Origin: Octopus bimaculoides
Lineage: Eukaryota
DNA length: 64,000 nucleotides
NCBI RefSeq assembly: GCF_001194135.2
Contig: NC_068982.1
Coordinates: 65,212,534 to 65,276,533, forward strand
Direction of reading: 5' to 3'
Numbering within the stretch: the stretch's first letter is position 1; every line of letters begins with the position of its first letter. The notes under the pieces were generated by a model. That model worked only from the letters and a program-made list of their open reading frames with translations, was not told the DNA's origin and searched no databases. The position numbers and the translations under genes are program-made. Positions 54,481-64,000 of this stretch are shown here, in pieces.

Positions 54481-54829
54481 ATTAATGATTAATTTTATTT
54501 TATTTCATTTTATTTTATTTTTCAAATTTCATGGTGCTTATACAAAATAATGAAATATATAATGATTTTCAGAATAAAAATAATTATTAAATTAAAATTA
54601 AATGAAACAAATTTCTCATTTGTATATTTGTTGCAATAATACTAATTCTGTTTAACTGTTAATTACAAATTTAGCACATTGTATAATTCCAAATTAAGTT
54701 ACATGGCATTTTTAATGTAACCAACCAACCATGAAAGTATATGCTAATGATGACTGATATTTAATATACTTTCTCTCTTCACCCATTCACATATAATTGT
54801 CTTGAAGTGTTAAGGTGAAGAGGATCGAC

Positions 54830-55058
54830 TTGCAATAGTCTTGTGCCAGTGCCACGTAAGAAACACTCATGCTGGTGCCACATTAGAAGCACCCAGTACA
54901 CTTTGTAAAGTGGTTAGCATTAAGAAGGGCACCCAGCTGTAGAAATCAAGCCAAATCAGACTGGAACCTGATGCAGCTCTCTAGCTTGCCAGCTCTGGTC
55001 AAACTGTCCAGCCCATGCCAACATGGGAAACAGATGCTAAAGGATGATGATGATGATG
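54830..55058 (+). mobile_element. Diverged family D copy (similar copies at about 2860-3075 and 28075-28285)
   Basis: Shared AAGTGGTT.GCATT.GAAGGGCA.CCAGCTGTAGAA core and (GAT)n tail. Confidence 0.6.
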
Positions 55059-55088
55059 ACACACATACATATATACACACTCTAATCC

Positions 55089-55129
<41 letters not shown>

Positions 55130-56783
55130 GCTTTAAAAGGAGAAAGGAGTACTCAATACATGTTGCAGAGGATGTTTTTTTTATTATTCTAACTGAAACC
55201 AAAAGTTTGTCTCACGATTTCATTTTCATTCCATTATGATCTCCAGGCAAAACTCATGTCAATTTTTGATGCTGTTAATCCTCTTCTTTCTCACTAAGTT
55301 GTGCTCCAGCTAAGCAAGTGAGGACAATATGTCCAGAGCCTACCTGTTTGCTTCTGAACTGTACATGTAAGCTCTGACCATATTAGAATATATATGTGTA
55401 CACACGCAAATACACACATTCTTAGTTTCGTGTGCTTATGTATATAAAGTGAAATAGAGACTAAGTCCCATGACATATGCTGTAATCTCTAAAGCATACC
55501 ACTCAGCATAGTATTTTCTGTATTCTAAATGAAAACAGCATCCAGATAGGATATAGAAATCCTTGCAACAGAAATAGGATGAAGAAATAAAGACATAATA
55601 GCAGGAAATAAAGGTAGAGGAGGTAAATTATTAGTTGTAGTTGAATGAGATTAGCAGGAGTATATAGTGAGACAGAAATGTAATACCATAAGAAGTAGCA
55701 TGACATTTTTAGTGTGACCAACCTGCCAACAATGAGTAGTATTAGTATGAGGTGAATATTCCAATATTTGTTAACATTATAGACATAAGATATTTAAACT
55801 CAACACATTTGTTCTTTGTGAGGCATATTTTACAAATGAAATCTTTCTCAAGCATATATTGTTGTTTAGCCTTCATGCAGCTTCTGATCAAGCATTATGA
55901 ATAAATGTGTTCCAGATGTGACTGTTATTTTTTATTTATTCAGGTATAGTTTATTAATGATTACAGCTTAATTTTTTTGCCCAATTTAACATCACCATCA
56001 AGATCTTGCATGTCTTTAGAGGTGGCCACTGTTACAAAAATTTAGGCCTGGTTTCTTGTCTGAAGATACCTTCTCCACTTTCTCTTACCAATCTTAGAAC
56101 ACCTGAAAAAAAAAAAAAGCTATGGGTACTACTTTTCCTCCCAACAAAAGAAGCCCACCAAAATCTTGGCATTCTTTGTTCCATGTATATTGATTTCAAA
56201 TTTTGGCACAAGGTCAGCAATTTCAGGTAAGGGCATCAGTCGAATACATCGATCCCAGTGTTCAACTAGTACTTATTTTATCAACTCCAAAAGGATAAAA
56301 GGTAAAGTTGACCTTGTCAGAATTTGAACTCAGAATATAAAGACAGATGAAATATCTCTCTGCATTTTTCCCAGTGTGTTAATGATTCTGCCAGCTCACC
56401 GCCTGTCCTTGTATATTAACATTTTTTAAGACGAAAGGGTGTAATTTGATGGCAATTTGGCAGATTTTCAAGGATTTGAAGCAATCAAGCAGAAACATCT
56501 TTACTGGCTTCTCTCTTTCTCTCTCTCATTTTTTTTTTTTTGTCATTGTTGAGAAAGTGGAATCACATTAAATTGCTGTATATGCACGATTGATTTCAGT
56601 TCTTAGATACTTAATTCTATGTGAATAAATATGGCAGGAAATTGAAAACTTAATGGTTGTTTATTTCAATGTTAAAAGTTTAAATGAAATAAAGTATGCA
56701 CACATAATAAATATAGACACACCCATATTATATGTACAACTTTTAGTGAATAAGAACAATATATATGTGTGAATATATATATG

Positions 56784-56849
<66 letters not shown>

Positions 56850-57129
56850 GATAGATAGATAGATAGATAGATTGATAGATATTGTGCAATTATAGAAGCT
56901 TGTCAACATAGCAATTTGTTGAGTCACACAGGCAGTATGAGTCAACCACTTTCAGTTATCTTTGAAGATTCTAGTGAAATGGATGGACAAGTTTTTATAA
57001 TTGCATAAAATATATAAATGAACTATTTATTATATTGAGTGTTCTTCATCTTAACATATGAAGCTTGCTTGATCACCTTGTGTATGTGTGTGTGTTAAAG
57101 TTTCTTGAACCATTATTCTGAATTTTAAT

Positions 57130-57187
57130 TGCTGATTATTCAAAACAGTTGACAGTTCCCACCGTCAACTGTTTGAAATAATCAGCA
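57130..57187. other. Isolated 24-bp stem / 10-nt loop hairpin (pre-miRNA-like geometry)
   Basis: TGCTGATTATTCAAAACAGTTGAC / GTCAACTGTTTGAAATAATCAGCA, 2 adjacent mismatches. Confidence 0.4.
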
Positions 57188-57558
57188 TGACAATATATAA
57201 ACAAAAGTATTTGTAAATATAGAGTTGTGTTTAAGCATTGAAATTTGATTGATTGCCAAAAGAATTCACCAATTTCAATCTCTTTCTCAACATTACAAAT
57301 GGATGCATTAAAATGCTATTCTTCTCAGAGAGGCAAGCATCACATCTTCTGGAGCCATTAACACAGAGAGATAAGTATTCTATAATGGACCAGTTGATTT
57401 TATAATTGTTAATGTTATTGTCCTTTAAACTCCAAATATTTTTTGACAGTGTGGTGGTGAGGCATCTTTCTGAGTATCTTAATGTATATATATATATATA
57501 TCTTGAACATGTTTATTTTTTTTAATGGATTTTCCATAAACCCTATTAAAATTATGTT

Positions 57559-57590
<32 letters not shown>

Positions 57591-58464
57591 TGTGTATGTG
57601 TGTGTATACCCTTGTCTTAACATTATGTGATGTTCATTCCCAGTCTCCTGTGCAAAAATCATGTCAGGTCATGAGGAAATATTACCTTGCTTAGACACAG
57701 GTGAGGGTTGGCAACAGAAAGGGCATCCAGCCATAGAAAATCACCCCCAACAAATTTCATCTGACCCATGCAAGTATGGAAAAGTAAACTTTAAACAGTG
57801 ATGATATATATATGATCAGATATAATTATTATCTACATTTTATGAGGGATATATAAGTAACACAAGTTGTCATAGGTCAAATTCGTCCTTATTCAGAGTT
57901 ACTATTCACCTACATGCATTGTAGACCCTTGTCTCACTTGGGCATTTCATTTTTGGGATGGCTTATATGGTTGGATGCCCTTCATGTCACCAACTACTTT
58001 ACACAATGTACTGAATGCATTTTATCATTGTAGCAATGCTAGAGAGGTTTGTTTGCTCTTGGTATGACTACAGAAACCTCTCTACACTGTTATCTCTGTT
58101 CATTCATTCATCAGCACCAGAGAGATTTCTGGTTCCCAATGAGACTTACAGAGATTCCTGTTCTTCTCTGCATTGTCTCTGTTCATTTGTGTCTTATTTT
58201 CACACACAACTGAGTACATCAAAGGAGTAGAATAAGATCTTCGACCATGTCACTGGTACTGTCATATATTGCTATCTTCCATCACTTAGATGGTATTGTG
58301 GTGTTGTTGGGGGGGAAAGAGGTGGTGATACAGAGAACAGTGTGTTAGGAGGTGGGGGAGGGAACTTGATAAAAGAGAGGGAGTGATAGAAGAAAGAGAA
58401 AGCTCAATGAAAGAGAATGATAAGAGAGTGTTTAGGTGAAAAGGGGAGGAGAGGAGTTTGTGTG

Positions 58465-58504
<40 letters not shown>

Positions 58505-59659
58505 NNNNNNNNNNNNNNNNNNNNNNNNNNNNNNNNNNNNNNNNNNNNNNNNNNNNNNNNNNNNNNNNNNNNNNNNNNNNNNNNNNNNNNNNNNNNNNNN
58601 NNNNNNNNNNNNNNNNNNNNNNNNNNNNNNNNNNNNNNNNNNNNNNNNNNNNNNNNNNNNNNNNNNNNNNNNNNNNNNNNNNNNNNNNNNNNNNNNNNNN
58701 NNNNNNNNNNNNNNNNNNNNNNNNNNNNNNNNNNNNNNNNNNNNNNNNNNNNNNNNNNNNNNNNNNNNNNNNNNNNNNNNNNNNNNNNNNNNNNNNNNNN
58801 NNNNNNNNNNNNNNNNNNNNNNNNNNNNNNNNNNNNNNNNNNNNNNNNNNNNNNNATATATATATATATATATAGTGTTTAATACTTATATGAAATGGTT
58901 TATGTGTGATTGTGAGTGAGTGAGAAAAGAGAGAAAGAGCAAGATACATTGTATATGTATGTTTGTGTGTTTTGAGGACAGGGTTTGATTTTGTAAAAGA
59001 AAAGAAAAAAACGTAAAAACACCCCTTGAATAACTTTTATATAAATCAATATGAGGGCCCTAGCTTTTAATTACTCACATCTGCAGTATCGTATCAGCTT
59101 CCAATTTGAAATCCTTTGAAATATCTTTCATGTGTTACTATAAATCTATTAACGAGCAGGTGTAGAGTGAGGGTTAGGTTAGGTCTGTGTCCTACTTATA
59201 GATCAGACCTCTTCATTAGATATTAGATATTTTCACATGTAGATTCATTCACATTGGGATTAACTTACAGTATTTAACATTGATTGATTTTAAATAAATA
59301 CATAAAATAAATAAAAAAATATATTTTTCTCTTTGTAAAAAGAAAATGATTTTGTGTGTGTGTGCGTGTGCATCTATCCCTGAATGCCCATATGGGTGTC
59401 CATATGTGTGTAATATATTGTATCTTGTAAATAGCATTGAAGTATCAATATTATATTAATTAAAGTGGGAGAGAGTGCCCATGACCTTTACAGGCTCTCA
59501 CAGACTGGTGTTATCACTCATCATCATCTTTCATCATTGGCATCATTATCATCATTGTTTTAATGGCTGGTTCTCTATGCTATCATTGACTTTTCGTCAT
59601 CTTGTTTGTGAAGCCTAGTATCCTAGGATCTAAGCTCACCACTACCTTACATGTTTATG

Positions 59660-59930
59660 TATGTTTATATGCATGCTTCATGCTCTTGGTTGATGAGGTT
59701 GGGGTCATCCTAGGTTAGTGGTCCCAGAGACGTCATCATGTGTAGAGCTGAGCATGTCCACCAGTGTTCTCCATCGCTGGCAGTCCCATGCCAGCCACTC
59801 TGCATCCTCCAAGGTGACGTTGAGCCTCTGGAGATCTTCCTCAATCATGTCCAGCCATCTGTGTGGGGCCTACCACAAAGCCTCTTCCAACTTGAAGATG
59901 GCCATATTTAGCCAATTAAGTGCACATACA
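59660..59930 (-). mobile_element. 3' fragment of another RTE-clade LINE
   Basis: Minus: SWKRLCGRPHT/RWLDMIEEDLQRLNVTLEDAEWLAWDCQRWRTLVDMLSSTH...* (stop 59705-59707), matching the GRP..RW.D.I..DL...A.DR..WR RTE C-terminus; one frameshift. Confidence 0.8.
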
Positions 59931-59983
59931 CTATAGTTTGGTCTTTACTCCAGTTTTATTATTATTATTATTTTTGTTTCTAT

Positions 59984-60026
59984 GTCAAAGCTCTTTAGTC
60001 ACACATCCTGTGACCTCTTCAGTGAC
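59984..60026 (-). ncRNA. Degenerate hammerhead-like motif (GAAA mutated to UAAA)
   Basis: Minus strand: GUCA-CUGAAGA-G-GUCACA-GGAUG-UGUGAC-UAAA-GAGCUU-UGAC. Perfect 6-bp stem II, 4-bp stem I, followed by an (AAT)n tail. Confidence 0.4.
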
Positions 60027-60177
60027 TCTTTATCCCACGTGTCTCATATATTAATTGTTTTCAACGGAAGCAGTATTAATTCCAAAAAGTAATCGTTTTA
60101 TCCAACCTAACATTGATATCTTGTTGGAAAACTGAATACTGTGTTATTAGTCTTGAGAGACTCTCTCATACAGGCAC

Positions 60178-60474
60178 TTGGTGCATAAAAGCACACACAT
60201 AGATTGTAGCAGATGGTTTTCTAACAAGACATCCATGCTAAGTTGGATATAAAGATTAGTTTTTAATAAGCCTGTGAGCTATTTGCAGCATCAGTGTCTG
60301 AAAAGATGCTGATATTCTATATATCATAACCATGAGATTTGATAGGTATGTGATAACCAGAAACCTTCCACTGATGATCTCCAGTAGAACGAAATCACAT
60401 GATATGGGAGTTTCAGCGCCCATGACAGACAATTCTCATCTGTTACAATCGATGTGTGTGCTTTTATGCATCAA
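60178..60474 (+). mobile_element. Second PLE-like unit: 38-bp inverted terminal copy bracketing a hammerhead motif
   Basis: 60178-60215 is the reverse complement of 60437-60474 (3 mismatches); hammerhead motif at 60365-60410 lies just upstream of the right arm. Confidence 0.5.
60365..60410 (+). ncRNA. Degenerate type I hammerhead ribozyme motif
   Basis: Stem I CUUCCA/UGGGAG; CUGAUGA 60371-60377; short stem II UCU-CCAGU-AGA; GAAA 60391-60394; near-palindromic stem III AUCACAUGAU; putative cleavage after A60404. Confidence 0.55.
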
Positions 60475-61303
60475 ACATCTATATGATAAGATTTCTTAAG
60501 GTTAATAACACAGTCATCTGCTAGAAGATGGTAAGGGTTCGTTGCCCTGCTTGCAATATATATTGGGTACAGATTGCATCGATAAGCAGCTAGAGAAGGC
60601 ACCTCTTTGTGTTAAAAATGGTAGTAATGTCAGTTCTTACAGAACAGCCATATTGAAGTGGCGGTAAACAGTACTTCTCAGTATAGTTACCACTTTCATC
60701 TCTTATAGAGATTTTCTAACTAGCTACTTTGCTTGTTGCAAGATCAGTGGCTGATTGTTGCTTGATTTTCTATAAATTGCAAGCTAGAGCAGATTACTGC
60801 AATCTCTAGCAGATGGGTTTCCACTGCTGAGGATGAACACAGATAGCTCAAAACCATAGTCTGGTGGTCATGTCATCTGCTAGGAGTGCAATATATGAAG
60901 AGTGTACTTTCAAAACCAGATGTCTGCATCAGAATGACTTTTGAGTAATTGTCTAAAACAACAATTTGAATATATTTGATTTTGATTGGAAGACTAAGAT
61001 TTGCCTACTGTCTATATGGCATCTATTCTAGTCTGACTGAAAAACATTTCATGTGCATGAAGCCAGCAGCTTACAGATTGTGTTTGAATGGTTATCATGA
61101 AATTGGCCGAATATGCATTTATACCAGTTGAAAGTAAGCTCTTTCAATTAGGTGCAGATTGCATCAATAACTAACTGAAAGAGGCTCCTCTTGAAGTTAA
61201 AAATGGTAGTAACATCAGTTTCTACAGAACGGTCATATTGAAGTGGTAATAAACATTACTTATTTACATTTGACGGATATTTGTCCTCATCTTGTTTGTT
61301 GTT

Positions 61304-61349
61304 AACACAAAGTTTCAGCTGATATACCTTCCAGCCTTCATCAGGTGTC
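61304..61349 (-). ncRNA. Minimal type I hammerhead ribozyme motif, inverted copy
   Basis: Reverse complement reads GACAC-CUGAUGA-A-GGCUG-GAAGGUAUAU-CAGCU-GAAA-CUUU-GUGUU. Stem I GACAC/GUGUU is intact in this copy. Confidence 0.7.
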
Positions 61350-61408
61350 TTGGGGAAATTTTGAACATGGGTTCTCATTCCTAAGGTATTTTTCGATGTT
61401 ATGCCTAT

Positions 61409-61482
61409 GGACATATGGCATTGTGGTTAAGAGCGCGGGCTACTAACCCCAAGATTCCGAGTCTGATTCCAGGCAAGGACCT
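61409..61482 (+). promoter_or_regulatory. tRNA-like head with degenerate internal Pol III promoter
   Basis: A-box-like TGGCATTGTGG (61416-61426) followed by TTAAG; anticodon-arm-like GGG-CTACTAA-CCC; B-box-like GAGTCTGATTCC (61459-61470). Not a functional tRNA. Confidence 0.6.
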
Positions 61483-61546
61483 GAATAATAATAATAACAT
61501 CGAAAAATACCTTAGGAATGAGAACCCAGGTTTAAAATTTCCCCAA

Positions 61547-61592
61547 GAGACCTGATGAAGGCTGGAGGGTATATCAGCCGAAACATTGTGTT
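61547..61592 (+). ncRNA. Minimal type I hammerhead ribozyme motif (probably mutated in stems I and III)
   Basis: CUGAUGA 61552-61558, extra A, stem II GGCUG/CAGCC (61560-61564/61575-61579), GAAA 61580-61583, then C-AUU and GUGUU (61588-61592), which pairs with GA(G/C)AC upstream. Confidence 0.7.
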
Positions 61593-61678
61593 AACAACAA
61601 ACAAGATGAGGACAAATATCTGTCAAATGTAAATAATGTACATAATTCCTCATCTCTTAAATATAGAACTGTATTACT

Positions 61679-61741
<63 letters not shown>

Positions 61742-63727
61742 CAATCATTTGGACAGAAAAAAAATGAACTCTGTAGACAAGGTGAGAACAGTACTGGAGG
61801 AGTATTTTTCATCACAGACAAATGAAATTTGGAAGAGGGGCCTTGCAAGTCTACCAGATAGATGGAAGAGCATTGTATAAAATGAAGGAGAGTATATTTT
61901 TCGATTAAAAAAGATTAAAAAAGAAGTATAAAGAACCGCATTATCTATGGGATGACCCAATAGTATCATTTACTTCTAATATTCTGCAAAAATATGTCTG
62001 GCCATGTGGAAATATTACTTTGCTCAGAAACAGGTGAGGGCTGGTCACAGGAAAGGCATCTGGTCATAGTAAATCTGCCTCAGTAAACTACAACCAGCCA
62101 TGCAAGCAAGGAAAAGTGGATGTAAAAATGATGAAGATGATGTGTGTGTGTGTTATGTAGACTCCAGAAGCAGCATCATGGGTTATTCATATAAGTAGGC
62201 AGTAACTGAATATCAACTGGTACAGTTAGTATGGAATCTTTAGTCCTTCTCACATCATGTGATGACTTTGCTAGTGCTGGTAACACGACAAATGCACCAA
62301 GGCATACACAACACCAAAGTTTGCTGGGTTTTCTCTATTGTTGAGTGTGTGTGTGTGTGTGTGCAAGATGACACGAATGTGAACTATAACGACTCATCCG
62401 ACTCCAGCCCATATGGGGGCGGTAGATGTAAATGTATAGGGGGTTGCAGTGATGATGATATACTTCCACTTGTTTATATGTTCAGCCATTTGGATCTGTT
62501 TGTGGTGGAGGTGTATGCACATGTCCTGTTTTTAATAAATATCTCTCTTAGTCCATCTAAAGTTCATTTTACAAATATGTTTTGTCTGCCACCCCCTCCT
62601 CATCTTCCATGTTTTTCTCATTTTTATTGTTTTTATTAGTAACTAACAATGTTGTTATGAACTCAAGTGGATTGTAAAGAATTTCAATGATAGATAGACT
62701 TTCTCTATTGTTGTTGAAATTTCTCTCTCAATTGCTCATCCTTCCTCCCCACCCTCACCCCAATTTTTCTCCCATGCATTTGAAATAGTTAGGGTCTGAA
62801 TTCCCATTTCACTAGTTCTTCCGTTTTCTATTTTTTCCTCTGCTTTTTTTTTTTTCTTTACATTTTTCTGTCTGTCTCTGTCTCTTTCACCCTCTCTTAC
62901 TTTCTCTCTCACCCTCTTTGTCTCTTTCATTCTCTTTTCTTCTGTGTATGTTTAATAATTATTAGTTCAAGGATGTTAGATATTTTACTATGTGTTTGTG
63001 TGTGCGTATAGTGGATGTGTGTGCTTTTAGTGTATGTGTGTATATTTGTGTGGGTGTGCAGTAATTATTAGTTCAGAGATGTGTGCATGTGTGTGAGAGA
63101 GAGAGTATGTTTGTCTTTGTATCTCAGTAAGTGAGTGGCCTTGTGCCCACATGTGTTTTTGTGCATGTGTGTGTGCATTTTTGCATGTGTATGCATGCAA
63201 GTGTGTATTAGTCTTCTTTTTTTTTTTGTATGCATGTATACATACTGTTCTTTTATGTGTGTGGTGATTGTTAGCTTAGAGGATGTTGGATGTTTTAGTA
63301 TGAATAAATGTGTGTGATATCAGACTTTTGTGTCAAGCACAATTGCTTTTTTAGCAGAGACTCAGTGTTACGGAACACAGCAAGCTATAGCAAACATTAG
63401 ATTGAATAAAAACCTTTAAACAATTTTCCCTTTTTTTTTTGCTATTGTTTTTTTTTTTTTTTTTTAAATTAGCTATTATGGTGGTGCAGAACTTTTAACT
63501 AAACAATCAACAGACATGAAAAGGAAATTATCTTAGTCAGAAGATATATCCTTTTGAAGCAACACCAGCAATTTAAAAAAAAAAATTTTTAATAATAATA
63601 ATAATAATAATGATGATGATGATGATGATGGAAAATATCTAATTATAATATTTGAAAATATTCCATTGAAGGATTAACATGTGACTAGATAATAGCATTA
63701 TACCTTTACTTATAGCCCCCTCCACAA

Positions 63728-63760
<33 letters not shown>

Positions 63761-63761
<1 letters not shown>

Positions 63762-64000
63762 CATCATCATCGTTTAACGTCCGCTTTCCATGCTAGCATG
63801 GGTTGGACGATTTGACTGAGGACTGGTGAAACCGGATGGCAACACCAGGCTCCAGTCCGATTTGGCAGAGTTTCTACAGCTGGATGCCCTTCCTAACGCC
63901 AACCACTCAGAGAGTGTAGTGGGTGCTTTTACGTGTCACCCGCACGAAAACGGCCACGCTCGAAATGGTGTCTTTTATGTGCCACCCGCACAAGCCAGTC
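63761..64000 (-). mobile_element. Family D retroposon running off the window end
   Basis: Near-identical to 13322-13590; inserted next to (TA)n. Confidence 0.75.

Larger units (their letters stand above)
61255..61680 (+). mobile_element. Non-autonomous Penelope-like (PLE) element: inverted pLTR-like arm + tRNA-like head + (AAT)n + hammerhead-bearing arm + 36-bp tail
   Basis: Arms 61260-61402 and 61494-61636 are reverse complements (143 bp, 7 mismatches, counted by hand). Spacer holds A/B-box-like motifs and (AAT)4. Direct repeat ATTACTTA at 61255-61262 and 61673-61680. An inverted truncated terminal repeat plus hammerhead core is the known PLE architecture; the PLE assignment is inference. 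Confidence 0.75.

Noticed and set aside
60590-60625. Hammerhead reading of the 110-bp direct repeats
   Set aside because: Both copies share GTTAAAAATGG rather than a GAAA core, so the ancestor was probably not a ribozyme.

Overview
AT-rich, microsatellite-saturated animal genomic DNA from a gapped draft assembly (13 N-gaps). The repeat families are most consistent with an octopus/coleoid cephalopod; this is my recognition, not a database result. I cannot support any host protein-coding gene: the window looks intronic or intergenic, and nearly all listed ORFs are microsatellite, N-gap or repeat artefacts. The only convincing protein-coding traces are retrotransposon 3' ends: three R4/Dong-type (restriction-like endonuclease) fragments and two RTE fragments, one carrying three C2H2-like fingers. 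Most of the window is a mosaic of tRNA-derived SINE families (my labels A, B, C and CORE-like), tail families (D, F), unclassified repeats (G, H), hAT, Tc1/mariner and piggyBac MITEs, a Helitron and a Helentron/HINE-like element. The most interesting signal is a set of type I hammerhead-ribozyme motifs in Penelope-like inverted-repeat structures. The best example (61255-61680) has a tRNA-like Pol III head and an (AAT)n linker between two 143-bp inverted arms (7 mismatches), each arm carrying a hammerhead core, with an 8-bp flanking direct repeat. It is a candidate Penelope-mobilised, ribozyme-bearing SINE. A second recurring pattern is SINE-B (ATT)n tails serving as antisense landing sites for Dong-type elements.
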